From assembly GCF_009834535.1 (NCBI RefSeq), contig NC_045696.1, positions 59,026,001 to 59,090,000 of the forward strand: a stretch of DNA of 64,000 nucleotides, read 5' to 3'. Below, in pieces: positions 26,481-40,239 of this stretch. The stretch comes from Camelus ferus (Eukaryota). The position numbers and the translations under genes were made by a program. Each line of letters starts with the position of its first letter. Position 1 is the first letter of the stretch. The notes under the pieces were generated by a model. It ran no database searches, was not told the DNA's origin, and worked only from the letters and a program-made list of their open reading frames with translations.

Positions 26481-29400
26481 TAAACTAAAAATAAGTTTTA
26501 TTATGAAAAATTTCAAACAGAAAAGTAGAAAGAATGAGAATTTTGCTGTATTTACAACATTGTGCTTGCATATGTGTTTGCAGAATCATTTCAAAGTAAT
26601 CATATCATTTAATGGTAAGACTCAGGATATAGTCATTCACTCAATTGAGATATTTTTATTGAGCATCTACCATGTGCCAAGCTAGGTGCTAGGGTTACAG
26701 TACTGAACAATTACGTGTGTGTGTTGAGTGTGATAACAGGGGAGTAGGGAAGAAATCAGGCTCTTATATCCTGCAGAGCCACCTAGGACCACAGCCCAGA
26801 GGGGACACTGCTCCTTCCAGCCTCTTCCACTGCCACTGAAGTTTGGGGAAGGATGCACTCTGTGCTGCCAGCTCCAGGGGTGGGGGAGTGAGGGCAGTAT
26901 CACAGGGGTCGGATCCAGCCACAAACCCAGGGCACTGCTACATTCCAGCCATGGTCCGGGCAATGTACTTCAACACTCCTGGTCTCAATTTCCTTTTCTG
27001 TAAATTGGGAATGATAATATCAACCTCACAAGGTTGAGGGGAGGATTCAAATGAGAGTGTCTATAAAATACTTAGTACACAGCATAAAAGGCCCTCAATA
27101 ATGGCATTATCCTGTTCTTAAAGGGAAAGCAGGTTCCCCACCCTGCAGGACAGATCTTTTTTTACCAAGGATAGAAAGCCCAGGCCAGCCTGCTTATCCT
27201 CAGGGCAAGGGTATCTGAGTGGGATTAATAGCAGTGGGAAGCAGATGGTAGACAGTGAGAAGTAGGAGGGCCCGGGCCCCCTGGCAGCCTCCACAACACT
27301 GTCCTGTCTGCCCTAGCGTTGAATGGGCAGGGTGCATGCACCTGACAGAGTGCTGGGCCCTAATCTCACTCAACCCCCTGGTCCTGCAAGGCAGTTCTGA
27401 TTACACTCCGTTAAAAAATGAAGACACCGAGCTCAGAAAGTCAACTACACTTGTGCAAGGTCACAAAGCTAAGAAGTGGAAACCAACTTATCGCAGCTGT
27501 ACACTGTGGGCTCCCAGGAGGGGCCCCAGACCCAGATGAGGGGTTTCCTGCTATCCCCAGTGATGGGAGATGCAATAGGCAGAAGCCTGAGAGTTGAACA
27601 AAGGAAGGGGCTGGGGAATGTAACACCAGCTTCAGCTTTCAGTTCTGGCTTTGGAAGACACAAGACCTTTCCACCTCTGCTTTCAGGGGACCCGGAACCT
27701 AGGAGTGGTGACACAGGCTCAGAATCCTCTCTACAAATTCTCTTGACCCAAGACCTTCTGAGGTCTCCCGAAGGCTCTGGATGCTATCATCAAAATGAAC
27801 ATGCTTGGCTTCAAACACATAAGACTGATGTCATCCATCCCTGGGCAGGTGGGAATATCGGGCGGGCTTCAGGTTAGAAACAGAACAGACAAGTCAATAC
27901 AGCAAGGAGACACCCCATGCCCTGCGAGGCATAGAGGTGAGTGGATAGGGCAGCTATTAACTATCACGCAGGCAGAACCAGAGCCCAGCCCCAGGCTGGC
28001 TGGGCACACCAAACAGCTCTGCTGGCCTGTTGCCCCGCCCACTGCCCTCAGATACACAAACAGATTCCGTCCGCACTACCAATTAATGGTTACTGACATA
28101 TTTGGAATGTGCTATCAAAATAATAATAACAATAATAATAAATCAAACCATCTTTATTCCCCTCTAATCCCTCATCCAGCCTGGTGACCACATTCCGATT
28201 GAAAATACCAGTGGGTCTGGCTGGCTTCTGCAATTATTTCTTCCTCCGCAAAGCAGTGCTCCGTGGCTGCAATCAAATACTAGCTAGGGGAGTACATTCA
28301 ATACCAGTTAAATGTAGATCAAAGGGGAGAGGAGTAAGAAGAGAACAAAAGGAGGAGGGGATCAAGAAGAGCGGTGGTCCGGGAGCTGCAAGAAGCACCC
28401 TCCCCTCAACCGCCAAAGACACACAATGCTCAGCCAAAGCTCCCCTCCAAATAAGCTTTTCACAAGTAGCAGAACTTAAGAATCATTCAAAGCAGCACTA
28501 AATTAATTTGACTTTAATTCGATCAAAAGCACTTTAAATTATCCCTTGAACCCAGAAAGGAACACTTTCAACTTTGGCCAAAAGAGGGGCAACTCTGAGG
28601 CAAAAAGACTCAGAGAAGAGCTTAAATTAGGACTCAAGTTATAAACAAAACAGCTGTCCCCTTCCCTACCCAAAGTGCATACATTTTAAATGCTCGTTGT
28701 CCTTAAGCACCTGGTCAGGCAGCAAGGCATCCTGGAAATACCATCCCTTCCCTACAGGGAAGGGCTCCCAGCAGGCTCTGCACTGGAAGCCTGGCAGTCA
28801 GCCATGAGCCCACTGGGAGCCACTGGCACACAGCAGGCACAGCAACCACCCGAGGTGCAAAGGCAATGACAGTTCCCTCTCCCCACCTTAATCCTCTCTT
28901 CAGTGCACTCAAATCTGACAAATTCCCTAATCACTCCTAATCCGGGAACGAGCTTCTCCTCGGCTGTGGGCCGTACCTGCTGACTTGCTGTGACCCAGGG
29001 GAGCAAGCAGTGGGGCAGGGCCACCCACCAGGGAACGGACACGCCTTACCGTGGCTTCTTCCCCAGGCAGCTCTCCCGGGAGTCGGGCTGCATGGGCGGC
29101 CACTCTTTAGCACTGTCCTGCTGAGATGCCTGTCCAAAGTCTGCCCGAAAAGGAAGACAGTGAAGGAGAGCCAGGGAGGCTGCAGAGCCCAGGGCCAGAC
29201 TGGAAAAGTTAAGGGGCGTTTGTCTGACTGCTTGCAGATGTTGCAACTTGCCTTGCGCCGGGCAGCCAACTTCACCAGGTCAGAGAGATCTGTTGTTCTA
29301 ATCCGCCCAGCTGGGGTGACCTTTGAAACCCCTGGCTGCCAGCTGCAGAGGCTCTCAATGGAGTCCCGGGGAAATCAGGGATGGAAGCTCACAGGTTTTT

Positions 29401-30027
29401 ACTTGTTCAGGGCTGTGGGTTCCAATCTGAGTGTAGAGCAAAGGGGTGATGCTGTCAAGCAGCGAGCTGAGTCCCCCAACTCCACATCTGGCCTGGGACA
29501 CCATCCACCCCTGGTACATGTGCCTGGGATTACCACCCTGGGATGAGACACTTGTTGAGACACTTGCTGCCTGAGACTCAGCTTCTTCCTCCTTGAGCTG
29601 AAGAAGGCCTGTCTAGAATCCCTGCAGTGGGAGCAGGCCCAGAGAGCAGATGGCTGGGGGACACCTATGTTGCAACTGTCTTAGGGAATCTGGGCTGGGA
29701 TTTGAACCAGGCTCTACAGATTGTGTGCACGTTGAAAACAGGACCTAGCAGTGCTGCTCATGACCCCTGGAGAGCTTCAAGTGAGGTCCTTGGCGCAAAC
29801 CTCACTTTGTATCAAGGTGATGCCCAGTCCAGTTCCTCTTCTCCAGGGGAGAGAAGATATTTCCATAGTTCCAAAGGCATCTCTCATTTTAGGCAACTGA
29901 CACCTTGGGACAGACTGCAGGCATCCAAATCAGGAATGACGTGGATTTAAGCTTTTCCACTGGCTCATGTCTGATTCTTGAGTAACTGGTATTCTTCTAA
30001 CACCAGCTGACCCTTTACCCTCTAGCT

Positions 30028-30490
30028 CAGCAGTTCTCAAACTTTTTGGTCTCAGAGCCCCTATATGTTCCTAAAATTACTGAGGATCCCCAAAAGCTTC
30101 TGTGTGTGAATTGTTGCTATCAATATTTACTCTATTAGAAATTAAAACTAAGAAACAGTAATTCACTTGAAAAATCAATAATAAGCCTATTATATTTAAC
30201 ATAAATAACATTTTTAAAAGAAAAACATTTTATAAAACAAAAAGTTTAGTAAGAAGAATTGTTCATTTTTGCAAATTAATGTCTGGCTTAATAGAAGACA
30301 TGAACGTTTTCATATCTGTTTCTGCATCCAGTTGCTTGTGACATCACGGTATTTGTAGCTTCTGGAAAACTCCACTTGAGAAAAAAGGAGAGTGGAAAAG
30401 GCAGATGACATCTTATTCCAAAAATTATTTGAACATCCTGGGCCCATGGGAGAGTCTCAGGGTCCCCAGGGCCCACTTTGAGAACCATTG
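30028..30490 (-). mobile_element. hAT-Charlie1-type non-autonomous DNA transposon with both TIRs
   Basis: TIRs cagcagttctcaaa ... tttgagaaccattg; 8-bp TSD ctctagct (30020-30027) / ctctagcc (30491-30498); internal tcttctattaagccagacatt motif of Charlie1. Confidence 0.85.
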
Positions 30491-31029
30491 CTCTAGCCTA
30501 CACCTCTACTCCCCTGTCACCATCTGCTCTCACTTCTGTCCTCCTTAAACACACGAGTGCAAACGGAAAAGTGGTTTTATAGGAGTAGTGGTGTGCAGCT
30601 TTGGGAGGTGGGTGGGGAAGAGGTGAATCAATACCTAATTTGATTCCATATTTTCTTCTGAGGAGAATGGTTGAACAAATATAGACCAGAGAGGTCTGAA
30701 GACTAAGATAGACACTGATGAAGACCCTTAAGTCAATTAAATCCTTGGTCAAGACTGAATATGCACCCAGATACTGGAAGACATTATATATGGTAGATAC
30801 TAAAATATTTTATGGATAATAAAGGAAGAAATGAATTCGAAAATACAATGCTGTTCATCCCTGAGGAACAGAAGTGAATCCTGATCTAACTCTCCTAGAT
30901 GGAGGTCTCTGCGAGGTAATGGGGCTGGGAAGTCATTTTGCACAAGGACGGCGATTTGGACAAAATCATGGATGTTGCATTTATCACACATATCACAGCT
31001 GGATGCCATGCAGTTGTGTGGTTATTTGA

Positions 31030-31185
31030 TTAACATCTGTCTCCCCTACTGGAACACAAGCTCTTCCACCAGGTCGTAGGTCTCCACCTGCATATTTCTC
31101 TCACTACTGGATCCCTAATGCCTAGAATACAGATGAGGATGCAGTACATTCTCAACAAATGCTTGTGGACTACTATGAATAAATT
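31030..31185 (+). mobile_element. L2 3' end fragment (others at about 2300-2470 and 26630-26720)
   Basis: tctgtctcccctactggaacacaagctc...ctcactactggatccctaatgcctagaa...ctcaacaaatgcttgtgga..atgaat. Confidence 0.7.
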
Positions 31186-31359
31186 GAAATCTGGGCAAGA
31201 AAACATAAAAAAATCACTTCCAAACAATGGCACCACTTCATTTTGTTGGAAAGGAGTGGAAGAAAAGGTTAAAACGATTTTAAAAATTACCCCTCTGGGG
31301 CCTATAGACATTTGGTTCCAGACACATGGGTACCAGGCCTGGCTCAAAACCTGGCATGG

Positions 31360-31498
31360 CAGGGAGGGAGGGTATAGCTCAGTGGTAGAGTGTGTGCTTA
31401 GCATGCATGAGATCCTGGGTTCAATCCCTACTACCTCCATTAAAAAAAAAAATAAACCTAACTAACTCCCCCCAAAATAAAAAAAACTTTTAAGAAAC
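31360..31498 (+). mobile_element. tRNA-Ala-derived SINE (Vic-1-like)
   Basis: gggtatagctcagtggtagagtgtgtgcttagcatgcatgagatcctgggttcaatccc; TSD aaaacctggcatgg (31346-31359) / aaagcctagcatgg (31499-31512). Confidence 0.93.
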
Positions 31499-34400
31499 AA
31501 AGCCTAGCATGGAACTCGTGCCTCCTTTCTGCTCTTTGCTTCTCAGGCTTCCTGTGTGTGTAGCAGACACAATTACACCTGGCCCTGGTGCACTCTCTGG
31601 CACTCTACTGACATCCCTGAGAGACTCGGGTCCAGGTTTCTGGGTTCTTAAGGGAAATCAGGCAAAGCCAGCCCACTCTGTCCCCCACAGCTGAGTTCTT
31701 CCCTGAGCCCACAGGCAGCCTCTCCCTCCCCATGGCATCCTGGGCCTTTCCTCTCAGAAAACACATTAAAGGAGGTCTGCGCTTCTGCAGGCTGACAGCT
31801 GCCCACGTCAGCCAGGCCACATCAGCAGAGCAGCAGACCACGGGCGGGAGGAGCATGTCTGCTCAGCAATTCTACCCTGAGTGCCCACCTCTTTGGCAGA
31901 AAGTTATGTTAAAATTTTCTTTAAAGGGGACACACACACATATACACAGATCAAAATAAGAAACACCTGCAACCAAACACACAGTGTGAAGGAGTGAGGC
32001 CTGGTCTCCTGGAGCTGCTCTCTTCCTGTGGGGATTCTTGCTTAATTTGAGATTTAATGAGACCAGCTGAGAGATGCTTGCTGCAATAAAAGTCACATGG
32101 CAAAAAAGAAATTAAAGCCAGAGCCAGAAACCCCGATTATAATTAAATTAGCAATATGCACATTCCTATCCCAGTCTAGCAACGTCCTAAAGTTCACCCA
32201 GTTCATTATCGGTATCATCCCTGCAGAAGTAAGTTTGGGGTCACAAGAGTATTTATTCAGCCATCCCCTTCTCAAATACCTTGCCTCCCATCCTCCAGTG
32301 TGAGGATCAGGCAGGAGCAGCCCACCTTAGTCCAAGGGAGCCCAGGAAATCCACTCGGGGAACAGGAACAGCGCTTGAGACTTCCATCCACAGGATGCCC
32401 CTTAGCGGGGAGCAGACTGCTGTGCAGTCAAACATGCATTCTTCACTGCTAAACTGTGTGGCCTGAGGCAAGGGATAACCTCTGAAAGTCTTAGTTTATC
32501 CATCTGTAAAATGGAGCTGGCACGAATACTCCCCTACCTTCAGGGTCACTATGAGGATCAGTAACATGTATCAAAAACAGCCCCACCCTAGTTTCCGGCA
32601 CAGAATAAGTGCTCAATCCATGGTGACTGCTATTGTTAATGTTGTCTTAAGATTACTCTCAGAAGCTCAGAGGACAGATGCAGCCTTGGCCAAGGAAGGG
32701 ACCAGCTCAGGAGAAATAAGGAGGCAGCACCCAAGGGTAAAATAGCACAGAAGAGCCAGCCACTCTGGTGCTTGCTGTATCTGCACCCTAGCCAGCTGTG
32801 TGACCTTAAGAAAGTCACTTCCCGTCTCTGTTTCTCTCTCTCTGACCTGAAGGGCCTCTCTGGACCTTCCTGCCCTAGCTCACCCGTGTCTCTAGGACTG
32901 CCTTCAGCTCTCTATAGGATACCTGGGCAGTTAGGAATGATTCCAGCAGGGGGAGCCAAGCCCAGAGCAGGACACCAGAGAAGAGGAAAGAAGTCTCCTG
33001 CTCCAGGCTTACCACGCAGGGCTTCACAGGCCAGCAGCTGAATCAGGCAGGAGCACCTAGTCCTCAAGGTACACTTAGGAGACACCAGCACAGGCCATGA
33101 AGACTCTGAAGACTGGACCAGCGCTAGGAACGGGCACATGTGTGGTTATTCCAGCTCCTCAGCCTCTGGCCAGCCCCCAGATAGAGCTTCTGATTCTGTG
33201 AGGTCTGTCCAGAGATGTGCTGGGACTGAAAGAGTGAGGGGAAACCCCAGGAAAAAAAGAAGAGAAAAAAAGAACCAATAATAGCCACTGTTTAGTGAGC
33301 ACTTACTATGTGTCAGGCAGTGAAGTAAGTACTCAAAGGGACTTCTCTTAGCAGAGTGGCAAATATTAACAGCAAAATTAATGGGGCAGGGTGCTGGGGA
33401 GTATCATTTGTTCATAAAGTAAATGGATATATTCCTTTTCTTTCTACTACTTTACACTTCCTCTTCCTCCTCCAACTCAACTAACATTAGTAATCTGAGT
33501 TATTTTGAAACAGGAGTCTAGGGCAGTGGGAGCAGATAGATGGAGAGGCAGGTGGGGGCGCTGGGGCAGCCCCTGGCAGTATGAGCCTGCTATTGGGGTT
33601 GGAGTGTCAGAGGGTCGAAAGCAGAGGGAGAGGGAGTAAAGGGAAGGGTCACCACCTGTGCCATGACACTGCCCGGCAACCTCCCTCCTGGTCTATAGAG
33701 AAGCCTAGAAAAGCTTTGGAAAAGAAGGCCCAGGAAGGAAGGGAGCTCATGATTCTGCTGGTCACACCTGGAGGGGCCTTGAGCAGCTTCTCCAGCTCCA
33801 GACAGATGTGTCCCATCCCTTCTTTCTGAGTCACGAAGCACATGCTGCCCTTAAGCTTTCCGCAGGGAGCTGGCCCTGTGGTGATGATCTGAAGGGACTG
33901 GTCCAAAGGATCCTGAGCTGGGAGAGGCCTTGGATTCTGAGAACATGGGTGCAGATGAACTGTGGCCACTGAACATGGCCCCAGTTCCTCTCCACACAGT
34001 TTAGGGGAGATGCCAGCACCCCATGGCCTTTTTCTCCTGGGAAAACACCAGCCCTGTGGCTGGACTAATGCCTGGCTGATTCAAAGAGAAAGAACAAGGA
34101 GGACCCTTCTGTGGGAGGCTGGCCTTTCCTGGTAGGAGCTTCAGGCATTGGGCTGGAACAGTGTCTTCCAAGGAGAGAGGGAGCAGGAAGCACAGCCTCC
34201 GACAGGAGGGGATGCAGAGATGTGGATGCTGATAAGAACCAGGGCTGAGTTTGAAGACTGTCTCCAGCCTCAAGCATCTACAGCTCCTGCTGGACCTCCT
34301 GGGGCCCACAGTTGCCAGCACCCAGCCAGCTCTAACACATCCTGTTTCCCCCTGTGCTTCCCTTACTGACAGGCCTGAGGAATCCTTCTTTTGCAAATCC

Positions 34401-35692
34401 TGTGACACAGAACAGGAAAATGAGGCAAGCCAACCTGCTCCACCAACTCCTACAGGCTCCTGGATTTGAAATTCGAATTTGCAATTGTTTTCTAATTACC
34501 TCCACAGACACAACCTGCAGCCAACAGTGTATGTATTTCTAGTTTCCCTCCCACCCTTGGTTAGCGTGACAAGAAGGCAGGTGCACAGAGAAGGAGAATG
34601 AGGAAGGAGTCAAGACCTGGTGTCTCCATCATGCCGGAGGAAGGAGGGTGCTAAATCCAGGTGGGTTTTTCCCATGGTATCTTCAGATTGGCCACTTCAA
34701 CCAGAGAGGACCAATTCCTACTCTAGAGTCAAGCCTAGAACTGTATTAAGAATGCTGCTGGGATAACCACCAGTCTTGGGACTGAAAATAAGAAACTGAC
34801 AATCTAAGAGTAGCCTAGGTGGTGACGCCAGCCAGTGGACTTGGGTGGGTGATTCCATCACAGGCTTTGTAGTCAGACATGCTTGCACTTGAACCCGCTT
34901 CTGCCACTTAGTAGCTGGATGAACATGGGTGACTTAATCTCTCTAAACCTCAATTTTCCCATCTGTAAATCTGTTTTGTAGGGCTCTGTGGAGATTAGAG
35001 GGAAGGTCAAGTACCTAACACAAAGCAGATACTCAGAATACCTAGTACACTGTAACTGTAATGCAGTTTCTAACAATAGCAAGCACTCAGCAAATGGTGA
35101 CTCTCAGGTTAACAGTCAGCCATGGGGACCAATCAGAGGTATCACATTTCACTTAGATGTTCTAGTTCATTGAAATATTGCCGCAAACATTGCCTTATCT
35201 ATCACAGAGAGTAGATTACTACTTCATGCTCTCACGTTGACTCCTTTTATCAGTTACTTGTCATATGCATTGCTCTCAATCCTCCCAAATTCTCATTTAC
35301 TGTTAGCATAGCAGAATATGGCTGGGCTGCAGAATGTGAGGATTGCTGGGGACCTAAATCACCTAGCCAACTCCCTTACTTTATAGATTAGGAAACGGAC
35401 CCAGAATGGACCTATGTATCTTCAAAGACAGGAGGGAAGAGACCTGAAGTTTGCAAGGCATAGAGAATGAACCATGACCATCTAAACAAGTGAGCCCTGC
35501 AGTAGAGTGCTGAGCTGGGCTGAGGAGATGGTGGTACATGCCTCAGAGCAAGGAAATGCATCTGGGAAAGGGATGGGTCAAGAGAGGGTTTAAGAGATGT
35601 AGTCATTAAATTAATTGAGACTAGGTTGTGGAGGGTAGTAGTGCTCTTCAATAATGCTACTAAAACGCTTTTGACTTAAAATAAACATTGAG

Positions 35693-35837
35693 GAGAGGGA
35701 GGGTATAGCTCAGTGGTAGAACGTGTGCTTAGCATGCACAAGGTCCTGGGTTCAATCCCAGGTACCTCCATTAAAATAAATAAATAAATATATAAACCTA
35801 ATTGCCTCCTGCCTCAAACAACAAAAAATTCATAAAT
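35693..35837 (+). mobile_element. tRNA-Ala-derived SINE (Vic-1-like)
   Basis: gggtatagctcagtggtagaacgtgtgcttagcatgcacaaggtcctgggttcaatccc; TSD aaaataaaca(t/c)tgag at 35678-35692 and 35838-35852. Confidence 0.93.
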
Positions 35838-38800
35838 AAAATAAACACTGAGCTACTGACAACTTATGAAGTGCTTTCCCAATCAAGATCTCATTTTAAT
35901 TTCACAACATATTGAGATATGTTACAACCCCATTTTATTGATGGGAAATCTAGGTTCAAAGACCAAGTGACTTGCCTAAAGTCACATAGCTAATAAAGCA
36001 GAACTAGAATCTAGTCCTTACCCCAAATTCTGGCTCAATTTGGTAACATGCTCAGGAAAGATTTAGCAAGATGTGTTCAATCTTATCCGGTAAACACCAT
36101 GCCCAACAGGAAATTTCCAGTATAACAACTGTGTTGATATTCCCTTAGATTTTATTGGAATGATAACTGATAGGTATAAATTTGACTAATGTAGTCAATC
36201 CTCTTCCAGAGAAAGCTCCTTATATTTGTCCCAAATAAATGGATGACTTCATTTCAAACCCTCGTGCCTGAGGGAGATACCATGCTTACTTGCTAATTTC
36301 TAGCAAATATATGCAGGACCGACGCCACCATCAGTAGATATGCCTCTCCCCACTTACAGAGATGCTCTCTCTTCCCATTCACAGGCCAGACACCTCTATG
36401 TTCTCCCCCAAGTCTTGCTACTCTTTTCCAGGGCCCCCTTGGTTCTCTGCCTACTGGCTGGGCACAATCCCAGACCTCGGCTGTGGGTGCTGCATCAGAA
36501 CAGCAAGGAGGATGCCCTGGCAGTGTGACAAACCCTGTGTCTCCACATGCAGTTCCCCCTTGTCCTCACCTACCCTCCCATGATATGAGGGCCTGTCCCC
36601 AGGACATCATGCAGCTCTGGATGGGAAACAATGGCTTAGTGTTCAAGTGGAACTTATCTGGGGTGGTGGAGAGCTGCCAACCCAGCCCAGCCAGGTTTAT
36701 CAGCCCAAGGGCCTAAAGTCAGGCTCAGACACAGCCCTGCTCCTCCTTCAGACTTCTTAGTCTTTCACTCCGAGGGGCTGCATCATCTTCCCTCCCTGCT
36801 GGCTGTACCTACTGAGAACTATGCAGTCCCATCAGGGATAGGGGCACAGGGGAGCCTGCCTCTCTGCGGCTCCTTCAGGATTCTTGGGTACCAACCTCAG
36901 GTCCTTTGCAGAGGAGAGTCACTCACCTTGGGAACCTGGGATGCTGGGGCTAGAAGGGACCTTAGAAATGACGCCATCACCGTTCCATCCCCAGAGGGGT
37001 GCCACTCATCCTTGAACATCAGCTATACTCAGAGATTTGGGGGAAGCATTTTTATATTAGAACCAATGTGCTCATGTTACTATGTAGAATGACAACTATA
37101 AGTAGATTTTACAAATAACCATAAGACTTCAAAGAAATGTGATGCTTTCTGTAAGCTGCTTCAGAGTAAGCCCCTACCCCCAGAATACAAGTTCTTTCTC
37201 CACTTCCCTTGGGGATGGTGAGTCGGAGAAGCACTGGTCCCACCCAACCCACCTGTTTCACAGAAAGGTAACCTCAGGTCCAGCTAAATGAAGTGACCGT
37301 GAACCACAATGCCTACTGTTACTAATAAAAATAGTCCATTTATTGAATGCTTACTAGGAGCCAGATACTGTACTGAGGGTTTTACCTAAGTTAACTTTTA
37401 TTTTCCAAGCAACTCAATAAGATAGGTAGGATTTTCATTTTAAAGATGAAGAGAAGACTCAGAGGTTGAGCAACATATTCCAAATCGCAGAAGTAACAAT
37501 GACAGCTACTTCTCATCAGCTGGTTTTGAACCCAGGCCTCTGACTCCAAGATGTCATCCTTGGTGACAACATCACACTGTTAGAGATGCCACAGGGCGGA
37601 GCTGGGAGCGGGTCAGAGTCCAGGGTGCTGGCTGGCATCTTGTCCTGGTTCTGCCACTAGATCCCACACAGCCCTAGTGTACCAGGGGGCCTTAGCCCAC
37701 CCTCAGTCTGTTAATAAGCAAACGGAGGCCCAGAGAGAAGGGCTTAATTTAAGGCCAGAGCCACTGAACTTCAGGGACAGGGTCTGCTAACAGTGGGCCC
37801 TGGAGAAGTGTCCTAACTTCTCTGGGAGGAGATCTCCAACATCCCTCCTGGATGTACCAATTACAATCTGATGTGCACATCCTGTCAGCCCTTGTGAGCC
37901 CAAGGCCCTGCGGGGGCCTCTCTCACTTTAGTCTGCAGACAGCCGCTCAGACAAGCTACCCTTAACCTCTCACCAGGGGGCTGGCAGGGCCTGTTGAGGG
38001 AACTCGTTTGACAGTCACCAGCTGCTTCTGGTTCTGAACTGATCAACTAGTCTGCTAGTCACTAGCTAAGCCTTGTATGCCAGGAAGCAGAATGTATACA
38101 CAGTAGCCAAAAGCCACAGCCACAAGCAAGCACACCCCTCTCAGCAAGGAAATTCCAGAAGTTCGTTCATTCCTGTGGTTCACATCTGTATGACTCTTCC
38201 TTCAGATCCCAGCTTCTTAGGCCCCTGATGTTTGTCTAAAAAGCTTACTCCACAGCTGGACAAATGCATGCTGAAAAGATGCAACTCCCTTGTGACTACT
38301 TAGAACATTTCCATCATCAGTGGTATCCCTATTGGTCACCTGGGCTGAGCAAGCCAGGTTTATCAAGACTGTGCTCCCAGTAGAGTAGGAAGAACACTGA
38401 CTGAAGGGTCAGAACACTCAGTCTGTCACACACCCACCACTGTATGCTCACTGGGCACCTCCATTGCCACGATGAGCACAAATAAGGTGAGAGGTTAAAC
38501 AGCGTGGCAGACACTGTATCCTCCCAGAGGACGACAAGCGCTGCGGGAAGAGGAAGGACACACCCCTCGTCTGGACCTCACTCTGCCCACGGTTTCCATC
38601 TGCTCCCGTGGCCTCCTCCCTCACACCCTGACTCCCCCCCACCCCATCCCTCCCCTGCTTCTCCTTCCTCACGAAGTGGCCACTCTGGGTGAGGCCCCCA
38701 CTGCCACAGGTGGGCAGGGTGTCCTCGGGTCTGGAGCTGGTGTTTGCTTAGCCTGGGCCTCTCTGGGCCGAAGTTTCAGGCTTGGGCTGGCCCCGTGCCT

Positions 38801-40239
38801 CCGTGCTCAGATCCCCCTGCTTCATTTCTGACAGCCCAGTAGCAGAACTATGTGTCCCCCACCCAGCTGGAGCAACTGTGGAGCTATGCAAGGACAGACG
38901 ACAGGACTGGAGTGAAGGTCAGGCACAAAATGAGGACATGAGTGTTGCCTCCAGGCACTCAGCAAAGACTCAAGCCCCTGTGGTGCCAATTGAGGTGCTG
39001 GGACCCAGCGGGAACCACACCCAGCTCCAAGTCCCGATCCCATGGGGATTCATGCACTGGGAGGAAGGTATCAGAACATTAGAGGGCGAAGAGAGAGAAG
39101 TTAGAGAAGTTGAGACTCAGGGAGCAGACATGAAGGGCCAGCACTTCTCACTTTGGCCCTGAGGAGGCCGCTGGACATTAGGAACCCTCAGGCTGCTGGG
39201 GCAGAGGCCAACTTGAGAGCAGATGAAGGCAGCTCAGGGCCGCCTGCCTCCTTCCTCCCCTACCCAGCCCAGTTTCTCCGCTCCCACCCATACTGTTGCA
39301 TCTACCCTGAGCACACGGGTCTGCAGGTTCTGGGTCCCTCCTCCAGCTATGGCTCTTTAAAGCTGAGCTACTGTAAGTTCAGACAACCCCTGCCTGATGT
39401 TCTAAGCCTCTCCCAGCTCCCCAGGGAGGTACTGACTGGGGAGCTGCTTGCACGGGCTCCAGGCTCCAGGACTCTTGCTGGGGGCTGGCAGGCCACCACC
39501 TCTCACCTTCCCCTTTGTGCTCCTTGAGTTGGCAAGAAAACCCACTTGTGTGCCAGCTGTGGTGCCTGTGGCAGCGCTGGCCTGGCGTCCAGGCAGACCC
39601 TCGGCTGTCCTCACATGGCCCTCACACTGGTCTGCAGCTTGAGGCCCTTCTGCACCACGGCCTCCCTGCCTCCCTCCCAAAGGACGCCCTCTGGTTCCCT
39701 GTCTCAGCAAGGCATTAGGGATGTTGCTGAGAACATCCAGCTCTTACCACCAGCAACAACAGGTGAGAATAGAGAGTGAGGCATTTTCTCCATTAATGAC
39801 TTTTTCCCTCAGTCAGGTCTACCTCACTTCATCCTCAGGTATCACTGAAGATACTGATGAGGCTAACATGTGTTTCTTCTGTTCTCCCATCCCCAAGCCT
39901 GCTCCAGAGAGGGGCTGCTGAGAAAGAAAGTGGTGCCCCTGGGAATCCAGAGGAAAGGGCGTAGAGAAAACTGACGGTGCATCAGCAGGAACTCAGGCAA
40001 GCGTGACTGACCCTCCAGACAGAGGACCGTGCTCAGAGGTGTCAGCTCAACTGGCCCCATGAGGGGTGGGGGTGGGAGAGCACCTGCCCCTCCAATTGTT
40101 TCTTGGAAAGACGGGGCCAGCAGGAAGATCAAGGGCCGCCCAAGTGTCAGCTGAGTTCACCTGGTCAGGGGAGCAGAACTTGAAGACAGGGGACTTGGAA
40201 TCCTATTGGAGAAGCCAGATCAACAAAAGAGAATGTAAC

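Noticed and set aside
29010..29546. 178-aa plus-strand ORF
   Set aside because: Non-ATG start, no recognisable domain, expected in GC-rich intron.
31366..31440. Apparent tRNA-Ala genes (also at 35698-35770 and 16108-16180)
   Set aside because: They have A-rich tails, TSDs, a shared non-tRNA 3' part and stem mismatches, so they are SINEs, not tRNA genes.
36921..36960. Other minus-strand GTGAGT donor-like sites (also ~25031)
   Set aside because: Weak or absent pyrimidine tract and no coding similarity; treated as background.
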